DNA of 64,000 nt from the human T2T-CHM13v2.0 reference genome, Homo sapiens. Made by a program: the position numbers and the translations under genes. The DNA lies in the NCBI RefSeq assembly GCF_009914755.1, contig NC_060948.1; one strand, written 5' to 3'. The stretch's first letter is position 1; the number at the start of each line of letters is the position of its first letter. Shown in pieces: positions 1-13,699 of this stretch. Under the pieces are notes generated by a model, which did not search any database, was not told the DNA's origin, and saw nothing but the letters and a program-made list of their open reading frames with translations.

Positions 1-94
1 ACAAATTAGGCCTTGATAAAATGAGTGAAACAAAGAAAACAAAATCAAGATGTTATGAAGCTGTGTGTTGGGGGTCGGGGGGTGACTTCTCTTC

Positions 95-333
95 ATTGCT
101 CAGGATGAAGTGCAGCAGCACAATCACAGCTCAGGCAATGTTTTCCCCTCATTGTCCCAGGTAGCTGGGACTACTGATGCAGACCATTACACTCGGCTAA
201 TTTTTTGAATCTTAATAGAGACGGGATATCACCATGTTGCCCAGACTGGGTATGAACTCCTATAATCCGGTAATCTGCCTACCTTGGCTTCACAAAGTGC
301 CAAGACTACCAGTGTGAGTGATAGTGCCTGGCC
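95..333 (-). mobile_element. Old, diverged Alu (AluJ-like)
   Basis: Reverse-strand Alu motifs gtagctgggactac, ggctaattttt, caccatgttgcccag, caaagtgc, ending gcctggcc; heavily substituted. Confidence 0.85.
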
Positions 334-730
334 TAAATGAGCTTTTTCAAATGTAAAAATGGACCAAATATTACTGGTCACTTTTGTACGTGGCTCAAAA
401 ACTATATGATTACTTTACAAGCTTGCAAAATTATGTATATTATATAAAGTTATATGTTGTATATTTATATATAAGTATATTATTTCTTTTTCTTACATGG
501 CTAGGAAGAGGTAGTTTCCTGTCAGTGATGAAAATGTTCATTTGATAATAAAAACGTCTATTTGATGATGAGTAATGTTGATCTTTGAGGTGATTATTAT
601 ACATAATATCAAGCGTAAATATTACTCTAGAAGCTAAAAGACATAATTGATTCACTAATCTAACTTTAAAAGTATGATAAAGGAAGTTTAAACAAATACC
701 AACAGGTAGTGAATAAAATGGCATGTTATC

Positions 731-824
731 TTCCCAAGTACTTGAGACTACAGGTTCATACCACCACAGCAGAATAATTCTTGTATTTTTTTTAGAGACA
801 GTGTTTTGCCACATTGCCCAAGCT
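731..824 (-). mobile_element. Alu fragment
   Basis: cccaagtacttgagactacagg...ttgtatttttttagagacagtgttttgccacattgcccaagct resembles the Alu middle A-rich region. Confidence 0.75.
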
Positions 825-1240
825 TATAAAGTAGTTTTTATTATGTGTGATAATAGCACCATGGCCATCTTCTTAAATTTAAACTTTAGAGATGCATTAA
901 AATATCTATACAAATAAAACAATATACTTGGCATTTGCTTTATTAGAGAACTGTTAAATCAATGAGATGACTACATTTCAGTATTTTGCTTATATATAAT
1001 TTATAAATCTAATAATAAGAAGTTAATTATATCATGAGATATAAAAAATACACTGTCTGTCTTTGCTGTGAAAATTTTAACCTCTCTCAATTGGGACAAT
1101 ACTAATAAAAATGACCAAGAGAAACAGCTAGAATATTACTGTTTAAATATTAAACACCTAATAAATTATGTATTTTAAGATATATTTAAACATTTTAGTT
1201 AGTGTACAGATGACTTTATCATATCTTACCCATAATTTAC

Positions 1241-1453
1241 ATAAACTGTTTCCAAAAACTTCTGGGTACAATATTGTAGTCAGAAAGCAGCTAAATGTAA
1301 AAGATGACCTGAAATTGTCTTAGGAGATCAATATTGTACACTTTCCTATCTTCTGTCTTGTTTAGTGCTGGTTTCTCTTCAAATTTATAATGATATCTAA
1401 ACACATCATCTTGGAGATCTCCAGAGACCGGAAGACATTAGTGAGGCACTAAT
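1241..1453 (-). pseudogene. USP9Y: USP9-like pseudo-exon C
   Basis: Reads [37 protein letters not shown]...VPRSFWKQF vs [37 protein letters not shown]...VPRGFWKQFR; frameshifted; AG and GT boundaries present. Confidence 0.93.
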
Positions 1454-2648
1454 CTAACGTTAAATGTATAATGAAAGAAGTTGAAATAAACACCAAAAGT
1501 TGGTTAATAAAATTATATGCATTTTTTCATACTATTTTCAAAAAACTTATTGGTTTTAATATTTAGTATTAGTACTTATTTCACAGATGGACCATCATAA
1601 AGAGTTCACAGAAAAGTTATCATTAGAAATAATAGAATAATAGCAATTATAACCTGCAATTCATTAAAGATTAAAGTCTAATCTGTGGTCTCTCATAAAT
1701 AACTTATGAGGAATAAGTTACTTCGTTCTCCAAGAATTCAGTGTCTTCTTGTGAGCATAATGCATTTTTGCAGATTATATAATTTATGTGATGTATTTAG
1801 AGTTATTACAACTCAATAAATATGGCTATTAAGAGTAGTTGTGGAAGAAACACTTACACAGAAGCTCCAAAGGTCATAATTTTCTTGTAGCTACAGAGCA
1901 AAATATAGTTGTTTTACAGATATCTAACATGTTTCTACATGCTTTGCTCTTCTGAGGCTTCTGATACAGAAATAAACAATATCCAGTTCATAGCCTGAGG
2001 AAGTTCATCCCATAGAAAAAGCAACTAGGCAGACACGCATGCCACAGTAAAGTGCTGAGACAACATAAAGCAAAAGCAACCAAACAAGCACAAAGGTACG
2101 GGACTTAATTTGAATTTTATACTCTATCTGCCTCATTCACTTCTTGTCAGTATAATTAGCAATCTCTATCTATTTTAAATTCAGAACCAGAGGGGTAAAA
2201 GGGGCTTCAGTATCAGGACTTACATTCTACTTTTTTGTCCAATAGTTTCTGTTAACCAAGTATTAACGAACATCCCATATGGAGATTCTAGTAAAAGGAA
2301 TGCTTCCCAGGTTGTAATTACTGCGTGGTGTAATCTATTCAATCTAGTAAGGCAGTGTTTTTTATAGTCTTCATAAATGAAAAGTGCTGAGATGTTATTT
2401 GAAAGGCAAACTATTTCTAACCACTGAGGGAAAGAAATGTAGAAATTTAAGACTCATTTACTACAGTTTAATTATTCAAATTTCTCTATTTAATTTCTAT
2501 CAATATCTATAGAAAAATATAAATGAATGGTAAACAACTTGAGTGTAAACATTTCCAAAATTCAAGTTTTCTATATTCACCTATTTAATAGCTATATCTT
2601 AAAAATGTGATCTGCCACTAAAACGTGACTTTTTGCTGCTTTATTTTT

Positions 2649-2976
2649 ATTTATGTACTATTTACTTAATTTATTTATTTTTTTGAGATAAAGTCTTGCT
2701 CTGTTGCCCATTCTAAAGTGCAATGGCGTAATCTCGGCTCAATGCAAGCTCCGCCTCCCAGGTTCACACCATTCTCTTGCCTCAGCCTCCTGAGTAGCTG
2801 GGACTACCGGAGCCCATCACCACACACAGCTAATTTTTTTTTTTTGTATTTTTTTTTTAGTACAGATTGAGTTTCACTCTGTTACCTAGGATAGTCTCAA
2901 TCTCCTGACCTCGTGATCCGCCCGCCTCGGCCTCCCAAAGTGCTGGGATTATAGGCGGGAGCCACAGCACCTGGCA
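2649..2976 (-). mobile_element. Full-length Alu (AluY/Sc-like)
   Basis: Dimeric Alu; target-site duplication tgctgctttatttt at ~2635 and 2977. Confidence 0.95.
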
Positions 2977-3526
2977 TGCTGCTTTATTTTCAACAGATAT
3001 TTTTTATTTTTAACCAAATGCTTTTATACTTTTAGCAGCCTAATTGTAATTGTTATATAATGTTGCTAACAGGTCTACGTAGCATTATTAGAAAAGCAAA
3101 TTTTTTTCTGTAGCAGAGAAATCCCTAATTTTAGAAAAATATACATAGAATCCTAAAAATAAGCACAACTTATTTAACACAGATGGGATAAAAGTTTAAA
3201 AAAAAACCCAGAATACTTAAAAAAAGATGCGTATGATTATTAAAAATAAAGATTTCTAATTCTTCACATACTGAATTGCATTTACCGTATCATACATATG
3301 TGATTATATCAACTGTGCTTTGAAAATAAAGAAAAAAAGTGATAAATATTATCAACTATATTGTCAAGTTGTTAGATAATGAAAGCGATAAACATGCCAG
3401 TGATGGTATTGCAGACATTCTAGCCGTATCATCAAAATGCAGTTCTGAAAAAATCTCGTGAAAACACAGTAATCTCAGAATGAACAACTGTATCTGCTAT
3501 CAGAATATTTTTAAAATAATTTTTAC

Positions 3527-3741
3527 CTCACATTTTGTTTCTCATCTTTGAACCATAATTGTCTGTATCACTACCTGTGTTTTCAGTTACAGAAATATTG
3601 TTTGTGACAAGGGTGATTATGTATAGTTGCTAGATCACAGAATTAATGTGACAGGTAGTACCAGCTTGAATCCCACAAATCCTTTTAGTGGGTAGGGCCC
3701 AACAGGGGACAGATACTCCTACACACTGAGTGATTCACAAG
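3527..3741 (-). pseudogene. USP9Y: USP9-like pseudo-exon B (Cys box)
   Basis: Reads CESLSV*EYLSPVGPYPLKGFVGFK/AGTTCHINSVI*QLY...DEKQ vs [41 protein letters not shown]...DEKQDNE; two stops, a frameshift, acceptor mutated to AT, GT donor kept. Confidence 0.93.
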
Positions 3742-4572
3742 ATGAGATAAGAAAAAAAATGCTTATGCTACAAAAATAATGATTCTGTCCATTGTTCTCT
3801 TAATCAGGCTGGGTAAATTCATTCTATCAGGCTAAGACAGAAATTTTGAAAGAGTACTTTAAACTTTTACATCAGCAACTTGAGCCACTATACAGGCCCT
3901 TTACTACAGACTTGTTAAGTAAACATTTTTAAAGACATTGCTTCTGTAACCATTTTCTTAGAATCATGTAAGATGGTATAATATTAAATTTTCATGTGTT
4001 AAACGCAGACTTAGCTTTAATCATTAATTTAGTTATAAAAACTTGTGCACTGTAAGTGTATTCAAAACACTGTCATCAGAACTTTACATAAATAAAACAT
4101 TAGAATTTTCTGTTTTAATTGAGCACTTCATTTAAAATTATTTTTCTGACTCATAAAAACTATAATCTTCACATACATTTCTGCTTTCTTCTTCAGCAAA
4201 TAGTGAAAATTGCTTTGTCTATATTCACAGTTTTATTGTGAGATGAAGTCGTTGAGATGGTGTATTTAAAAATCACTGTAAGAACTGTAAATGCTTCTCT
4301 GTGTAAAACTGAATACAACTTACACATCAATCCATCTTAGTGGTGTACTGCATATTTTGGAGCACATTGAACTGCAAGCTACAAAACAAATGGATCTTCA
4401 TATATTGACACGTGAGTGACTAAGTATAAAACAAATTTAGCAATATTTTATATTGCATACTTCTTTCTTTAAAGAAGCTATATGTATGGAGTAGTATATA
4501 TGCAGAAATAATCTGTGCATAAGAAATATAATATCGGCTGCAAGTCAATAACTTTTAATACACATCTTCATT

Positions 4573-4691
4573 CATATATATGTGTGGGTGTGTCTATGTA
4601 TATATACACACATATATATACATATATACATATATACACACATATATATACAGATATACACATATATATACATATATACATATATATACAC

Positions 4692-4736
<45 letters not shown>
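4573..4736. repeat. Compound (TA)n/(CATATATATA)n/(TG)n microsatellite
   Basis: Directly visible; contiguous with the poly-T tail of the adjacent Alu. Confidence 0.95.
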
Positions 4737-4737
<1 letters not shown>

Positions 4738-5024
4738 TTTTTTTTTTTTTTTGAGACGAAGTCTCACTCTGTTGCCCAGGCTGGAGTGCAGTCGCGTGAT
4801 CTCGGCTCACTGCAAGCTCTGCCTCCTGGGTTCATGGTATTCTCCTTTCTCAATCTCCCTAGCAGCTGGCCCACGCCACGACGCTGGCTGATTTTTTGTA
4901 TTGTTAGTAGAGACGGGGTTTCACCGCGTTAGCCAGGATAGTCTCGCTGTCCTGACCTCGTGATCCACCCCCTCTCGGCCTCCCAAAGTGCTGGGATTAC
5001 AGGCGTAAGCCACCGCTACCGGCC
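4737..5024 (-). mobile_element. Full-length Alu (AluY-like)
   Basis: ttttgagacgaagtctcactctgttgcccaggctggagtgc ... caccgctaccggcc; many CpGs retained. Confidence 0.95.
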
Positions 5025-5135
5025 ATCTTCTTGTACATTTTTAAATGTATGTTAAACACAAGAAAACATTGACTAAATAGTTTAACAACAGGAATGGTGG
5101 TTTAAGAAAAATTTCTTTTTCAAATATATATTTAT

Positions 5136-5718
<583 letters not shown>

Positions 5719-6544
5719 GATGTCAATGCAATTGTTACATAAATTAACAAAAAAGATGTTTTCAAGCAGAAAACTCTGCTGTCTACATAGAGCCCCCAAG
5801 ACAAATAAATATCTGTCCTCTTAAGCAGTGAGTTCAGCTAGAAACTACAGCAATGTGCTAGAAAATATACTCAGAGAAAAAATAAACAAATATAAAAAAT
5901 TAACATTTACCAATTAAAAATCTGTAAGGAATGCTGCTAATTATATTCTTAACCCTCAGTTTTCTCTTGAAATAAACTAAATTGTATGTTATTATTTGTT
6001 AATTTACTTATATTACCTCCCTCCCTGATTTTGAGTTCTGTGTAAGATTTGAACATTGCTAGTCACTTTGTTAGACTGATGTGAACATTTAGAAGTAATA
6101 AAGTGCAATCAAAGGTTCTCTTCTCACATTATGATTTTTAAAGCTATACCTCTCTTAGAATTTAACTAAAATAACATTAAGTAACTTCAATGTTTGGATT
6201 TAGAAGATCTTTTTAATGAATACACTTTAAATATAAAGTTTTGTAGCATTAAAGTTCACTTGTTACTCTAAAGTTTCAATATTTTTTTCACATATGATTA
6301 AATAAAACTCACTGTGGCAAGTTACCAAAACTAAATATAGGGGAGCATTTAAGAAATACATATTTTTTAAAAAATTTATATTCTCTGACTTAAATTGTTT
6401 TAATTATATACCTGATGGCTACAGAATGTTAAACTTGATCAAAACAAAAAACCCGTGAGTTAATTTTTTCTAAATGAAAAAATAGAATTTTAAACAAAAC
6501 TATTATTAGTGAGCAAAAGCAGCTTTATAATTTAAAATACCCAC

Positions 6545-6762
6545 TAGTTATTGCTTTGTCTATGTAATGTATTTCAGTCAGTCTACTATCTTTTTGAGGT
6601 TTTTTTAGACAGCCAATAACTCGTGGTACAAGCAGCTGAAAACCAGCATTGATCGTAGCGTGTGAGCTATGCTAGAACCACCTGCTCTGCTGGCAGTTCT
6701 TTACTTCTTATATATTGCAAGTAAATTTTTGATGCAGGGAAAATGAAAACATTAATTAATTT
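6545..6762 (-). pseudogene. USP9Y: USP9-like pseudo-exon A
   Basis: Reads [26 protein letters not shown]...TINAGFQLLV vs USP9X [27 protein letters not shown]...TINAGFELLV; AG acceptor and GT donor present. Confidence 0.92.
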
Positions 6763-7203
6763 CTAGTGAGTTAGAAAAAGTTATCACATTTATTAGTAGA
6801 AAACATAGGTTAAGAAAATATGTTTTTTTCAAAGAAAATACATTTAAAGTTTATTTGACAAAATTAAACATCTCATTATATCTTGAAACAATTTTGAATT
6901 TTCTTACAGAAGCCAATCCTAAAAAAAGTGACCATAATCAATAAACGTAATTAGTTTCCCAAGTTAGATTTTTTAAAATTTCTGAAATCTGACTTTATCC
7001 AAAAGAAAAATAACATTCTAAATTAATCTTCTCTGTTAACTATATATTAATTGAAATAAATTTATTTCCAATAAAAAGAAAATGAATTTAAATTATATTA
7101 TTTTTCTTGAATTATGAAACATATAAAGAAACTCATCAAAAATATGATATAAAAAAACTAAAGTTTTCAAGAGGGATTTTTTCTCAATTAGAAATTCAAT
7201 GAA

Positions 7204-7465
7204 GGGACTAGCATGGTGGCTCACACTTGTAATTCCAGCGCATTTGAAGGCCAAGAAAGGTCAGAAGCTTCAGACAAGCTTGGCCAATATGGTGATAGGC
7301 CCTATCAGCTGCGGTGGTGCACTCCTGCAATCTCAGGTATCAAGATGCGATGCAGAATAATGACTTGAACCTGGGAACCAGGGGATTTCAGTGTGCCAAG
7401 ACTGCACCACTGCACTCCAGCCGAAGGGACAGTGTGAGATTCCATTCTAAAAATAAAAGAAAAGA
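7204..7465 (+). mobile_element. Diverged Alu with internal deletions
   Basis: gcatggtggctcacacttgtaattccagc ... actgcaccactgcactccagcc ... A-rich tail. Confidence 0.85.
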
Positions 7466-7599
7466 AATTCAATTAACTAAGTTTGTGACAACTCTGACTT
7501 GTAGTAACAAAATGTCTTAAATTATGTGTGACACACATTTCAAAGTTACTCCAACATCACCTGTACAAAAAGAAAGCCTTTTTATTTTTAGTTAATTTA

Positions 7600-8367
7600 T
7601 TTAATTTTGCTTTTTATAATTTTATTTATTATTGTTCCAGGGTACATATGCAGGACATGCTGGTTTATTTCATAGATAAACATGTCCATGATTGTTCGCT
7701 GCACCTATTAATCCATCATTTAGGTATTCAGCCCCACATTAATTAGCTATTTGTCCTGAAGCTCTTTTTTTATCCTGCCCCATGACATAACCAGATATGT
7801 GGCATTCCCCTCCCTGTGTCTATGTGTCTTCAAACTTCAGACCCTCATAAGAAGGTGGAAATGCAGTCTTTGTTTTTTTGTTTCTGTGTTAGTTTGCTGA
7901 AAATGATGGCTTCCAGCTTCATTCATCTCCCTGCACAGGACATGATCTCCTTCCTTTTTATGGCTGCATATAATTTCATGATGTATATGTGTCACACTTT
8001 CTTTATCCATTCTGTCATTGATGGGCATTTGAATAAATTCCATGTCTTTGCTACAGTAAAGCAATAACCGTACACATGCATGTAGTCTTAAAATAGAATG
8101 ACTTTTTTGTGTGTGTGAGTGCTACATACCCAGTAATGAAATTGCTGAGTCCAGTGGTATTTCTGGTTCTAGACACTTGGTGAATTATCACACACTTTTC
8201 CACAATGTCTGTACTGATTTACACTGTAAACAACAGTGTAAAAGCATTCCTATTACTGCACTGCTTTACTACCATCTATTGTTTCTCGGGTTTTTAGTAA
8301 TCATCATTTTGACTGGCCTCAGATGATACCTCATCGCAGTTTTGATTTGCATTTCCCTAGTAATTAG
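7600..8367 (-). mobile_element. LINE-1 3' end (L1PA8-like age class)
   Basis: Reverse L1 3'UTR/ORF2 end: gtacatatgcaggacatgc..., atgatggcttccagcttcattcat, ttgatttgcatttccct. Confidence 0.9.
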
Positions 8368-8376
8368 TAAAAGTAA

Positions 8377-8717
<341 letters not shown>

Positions 8718-8839
8718 ATTGAAAAAATTTTTAAAGTGTTTTTTTTTTTAATTTCTTCTTCAGAACTCTGTAGAATTGTAACTGTCAACAGTTCTGCTTC
8801 CACAAGACACAAACGTATTTGAGTATTTCAACCACAGAA

Positions 8840-8990
8840 AAAGGATGTCACTATTACACTTAGTGGAAAAGGCCAGAAAGGCTGCTCAGGCTTCCCAGGC
8901 TGCTAATCATCCTACAATGCACAGCAAAAGCTTCTCCCCCACAAAATTATATGAGTACAAAATGCCAAAGTCCAGGTATCAGAAATTCTG
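8840..8990 (+). mobile_element. MER20-like hAT DNA transposon fragment
   Basis: gctgctaatcatcctacaatgcacag...ccccacaaaattat...caaaatgcc...agaaattctg resembles the MER20 3' half. Confidence 0.6.
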
Positions 8991-9260
8991 TCTCCTCAAG
9001 AAGCTTCATAATCTCCTAGAAAGATGCTAACTTGAAGCCCAATGCCATATAGTTCAGAAACATATTCTCACATTATATATTTCTGTGTAAGAGGGATCAG
9101 GTGGTTCAATGCTAATGCCAACTTTCAAATTTGATTTTTTAAAAATTTTGAAATGTAATAATAATTTCCTAATAAGGTTAAAACTACCAAAATGTAGTTC
9201 ACAGAATTATCTGTATTTCAAGATCCAAGAGAAGTAAGGCACAACTAGCTATGCTTCTTT

Positions 9261-9830
9261 TATCATGGAATTTTTGGGGAGTCATTTTGCCAGATGAAAT
9301 CCTTTATGGCCAATGGTGCTTGTGCCTGAGTTTTGCTCAGACCTGCTAAGCTTGTTCTACCCAGTCTGCCTGACGGGCTGCACTCAGCTTCCATTATGGG
9401 CCAAGATTTAACACCAGCCAAGGGCAAGCATGAGTGTGTGGTGAGTGGTGTATGAGCAAGCATGGGCTCCAGCCACAAAACACAGCCAGGCTTGCCAGGT
9501 GTGAGAGGGCAGAAAGTGTTAGGTGCCAACAAAAGTACCAGTGAAAGGAGAAGCTGCAGCTGGAACAGGAATACTGTAAGCAGCTTCCACAGCTGATACT
9601 GGGAAATGTAGTGGTGCCCAGAAGCATGGAGATTCCAGAAACTGCAAAGTCCCAAAGAAGGTGTCACAGCCAGCCCTTAGGTCTGAAAGGTCACCGTTCT
9701 CCTCTTATCTTTGTCTTCCACAATGTGATGAGCAAGGGGCAAGTTTTATCCCTGTTTGTGTTGCAGGTCATTCAGCCCTGGCATTCAACAGAACTAAAGC
9801 TGTTGTTCTGCATCAAGAAAGAAAGAGGTA
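9261..9830 (-). mobile_element. MER52-like ERV1 LTR, partial
   Basis: Begins with the reverse complement of the MER52 3' end (tcatggaatttttggggagtc...gcctgagttttgctcag); similar to the copy at 28561. Confidence 0.7.
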
Positions 9831-10001
9831 CATGCTGCCTTCAGCCTTTCCATTTCTGTCTGAAGATATAAAGCCTGAGCTAGCTGAGGCAACAGTGATG
9901 GCCTCCCCTGAGTCAGTTGCCGGGCACTATAATGTTGATTCTCCTCAGAATCCACCCTGACACCTCTGTTTACTTCTAGACCTATAACTAGACTCAAGTT
10001 C
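9831..10001 (+). mobile_element. HERV-L internal (gag) segment left of the HML-5 insertion
   Basis: gaggcaacagtgatggcctcccctgag...cttctagacctataactagact matches HERV-L gag and continues at 18671. Confidence 0.85.
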
Positions 10002-10502
10002 TGCAGGGGTCTGTCCCACAGACCCTGACCCAACAACAGATGAATAAAGTACACTGATGCATGATATTCTGCTTTGCCAGTTCGACTGAGCATCTGGGCC
10101 ACTTACAGACTCCATGCAGAGTGCTGTAAACAGTTGTGACCAGGGGCTGTAAACAGTCCTGACCAGCTAATGAGACTGGTACTTATTCAGTAAAGACTAA
10201 TTGACAAAGCTCATGAGTAAACACCACTAGAGGGTAATTGACATCGTGGAGTTTCTGAGTAGAAAGCAATTAAGCACCTGCAGTATTAGATCAAAGGTTA
10301 GTCTTAGGACCACACCAGTAAAGAAGCTAGTTAGGTAAACTACTCTATCTTCCATTGTACCCACTTTAAGCTATTTACACAAGGTATGGATTAGGTTGCC
10401 TTCAGTCATAACCTTATCCTCAGACTTTTACAAATATATTTAGGCTTTCCAAGAAGGTTTGTGGCTTATAATTGTCCCCACCATCTTGATCAATCTGCTA
10501 CC
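10002..10502 (-). mobile_element. 3' LTR (LTR22 family)
   Basis: Repeat of 18178-18664; flanked on the proviral-internal side by a polypurine tract (plus strand tctcccactttttt). Confidence 0.9.
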
Positions 10503-11310
10503 TCTCCCACTTTTTTGTTTTCTGCATCAGGTTTTCTTAATTGGAGAGCATAGGTATGTCAGCAACCAGTCTGTCAGGTGTGGCAGTCCTGGCAGTCATT
10601 ACTCTTATTCTAACTTTGCATCTTAGAATTAGCAAACAATAAAAAACAATCATGAGTACAATTAGCAGCATTCTTTTCCAGTCAAAGTGTGACCCCCAGG
10701 AGTGGGGGTCTAAGTAGGAGAAATGATCTTGCACACCCTTCCTTGTGGCTGTTTGTTGTGTGTGTAGGTCTATGGTGTGAAGGGATTCTAAAATGTTAGT
10801 TTTAAGTTGGCTTAAAACTGCTGTTAAATTGTCATGAAAAGTTCCCCAGAGATGCTGTTCTACCTCATCTCAGCAATGTATAGATTAAGTCCATGGTAGA
10901 GAAGTGACATAGAGATGTTTATGTTCCCTTAATTGCTTTCAGAATGCCAGTAGATCTTGTCGTTCCCCTGCATATTTTAAAGTAGCCTTGAGGGCTCGCA
11001 GACATGCAAGGATTTTTTTTATCTATATCTTGCTGAAAGAGAATTCATTAGACACATTTTTGGCCAGATTATCTACAAAGGCAGCTATTTTTACTGACTC
11101 AGTAATAGATGCAACAGCAATGCTAGCAGTTGCCAGGATAACTACGGCTGAGAATATAAAGGCCATAAGTGTAACTGTAAACATTTTGTGTCTGTCCTGG
11201 GACAGAGCATATTCTAAGGTGGAAATGGCAGAGGAACTTTGCCAATTGCATGTCAGATTGACTGGTAGGAATGCCTCAGATTGTCTCCTTAATACCATGA
11301 CACTAGTAAT

Positions 11311-12387
11311 TATTGGGGAACCTGCCCCAGTATTCATGTAGGTTCTTTTCTATTTTCCTTAAGTGTCAGCTGGCTTGATAAATAAAGGGACAGAGTACAA
11401 AAAAGAGAAATTTTAAAGCTGGGCATCTGGGGGAGACAACACATGTCGGTAGGTTCTGTGATGTCCCACAAGCCACAGAAACCAGCAAGTTTTTATGAGG
11501 GATTTTCAAAAGGGGAGGAAGTGTGCGAATAGGTGTGGGTCACAGACATCAAGTACTTTACAAGGTAATAGAATATCACAAGGCAAATGGAGGCAGGGCA
11601 AGATCACAGGACCACAGGACCAGGGTGAAATTAAAATTGTTAATAAAGTTTCGGGCACCATTGTCATTGACAGCAATTTATCAGGAGACAGGGTTTTGAG
11701 AGCAAATGGTCTGACCAAAAATTTATTAAGTGGTAATTTCCTCTTCCTAATAAGCCTGGGAGTGCTATGGGAGACTGGGGTCTATTTCACCCCTACAGCC
11801 TTGACCATAAGAGACAGGAGCACCTAAGGGGGCCATTTATAGGCCTATACCTCCAGGTGCATATTCTCTTTCCCAGGGATGTTCCTTGCTGAGAAAAAGA
11901 ATTCAGCAATATTTTTCCCATTTGCTTTTGAAAGAAGAGAAATATGGCTCTGTTCTGCCTGGCTCACTGGTGGTCAGAGTTTAAGGTTATCTCTCTTATT
12001 CCCTGAACAATTGCTGTTATCCTGTTCTTTCTTCAGGATGGCCAGATTTCATATTGTTCAAACACACATGCTCACAATTTTTGCAGTTGAGGCAATTATC
12101 ACATGGTCCTGAGGCGACATATACCCTCATCAGCTGACAGGATTAAGAGATTAAAGTAAAGACAGGCATAGGAAATCACAAGGGTATTGATCAAGGAAGT
12201 GATAACTGTCCATGAAATCTTTGGAATTTATGTTTATGTTTAGAGATTGCAGTAAAGACAGGCATAAGAAATTATAAAAGTATTAATTTGGGGAAGTAAT
12301 AAATGTCCATGAAATCTTCACAATCCATGTTCTTCTGCCATGGCTTCAGCAGATCCCTCCATTTGGGGTCCCTGACTTCCCACAACA
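11311..12387 (-). mobile_element. MER11 (HERV-K HML-8) solo LTR inserted in HML-5 env
   Basis: Minus strand starts tgttgtgggaagtcagggacccc; 6-bp TSD AGTAAT at 11305-11310 and 12388-12393. Confidence 0.93.
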
Positions 12388-12452
12388 AGTAATTTTGAAA
12401 TTAGATATATTGTGATTGGTGATCATAATATATCTAATCAGTGTGATTATGA

Positions 12453-12813
<361 letters not shown>

Positions 12814-13699
12814 TGCGACTGGAATTATGATAGGTACCATGCCAAGTGTTAAGGGAGGTGCTGAGATGTACCAGGCACCATAAGGTGACTTGGGGTGTCA
12901 TGGACTTTACTTGGGGTCTGGAATATTCCATCCCCCCATTGGCCCAAATTATAGGGGAAAGATATATGGTTATGAAACTATGATTGTTGCTATGATGGAA
13001 GAAGACATTAGTAAGACTGCCCTGCAATAGGCGGTGGGGGCTCAAGTCTAGGATGTTATAATTGCCTAACCAGAAGCTATGGGCTTGTTTCCTGTGACAG
13101 ACCTCCCAGCTAAAGTGGAATCCATTACTTTCCTGGCTTTTTTCTTTAGTACAGGAAGGAATGTTTGGGAAAGTGGCATTGATTGCATTGCCTGGATTAA
13201 GGCTTCCTGCAGCTAAGAATGTTAAGGCATTTCTTTTGCCATGATGTAGCCATACTTGTATTTGGGCAGGTACACAGTAAGTGTTAGGGCCTTTATAACT
13301 TACACACAGTGGGAGGATAGTGGAGTGATATGTAGTATTATTTGGCACCTTAGTCCAATGTGTGCCATTATTGAGGGGTGCCATGGGGGTAAATCTATCC
13401 CTCCTAGTGAAGGAGTCATGTTATTATAGGCTGTAAACGAAGTGTCTGCCCAGGTGAAAAAAAGGCTGGTTTAAGATATAAGCTCAATAAATTTAGTAGG
13501 TGCAGTTTGCAGACAAAGCGAGAGCATGAAAAGGATTAATATCCTACATGAGTTGCAATGAAAAACAGAACGCATGGCAAGAAACAAATTTTCTGGAGTA
13601 AATAGTGTCTATGTCTGGAGGAGGATTTGTTCAGCCACCTGAGTTGTCCTCTTCAGCATCCCCCAGGTAATGTCTGGCACTTGTGTCATTCATGTTAAC

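Noticed and set aside
440-814. 124-aa minus-strand ORF with an exon-like stretch (tttag...cat|gtaaga, ~497-634) downstream of the USP9 exons
   Set aside because: It starts in an Alu fragment and does not resemble the next USP9 exon (LWGEPVNLREQHDALEFF) or any protein I recognise
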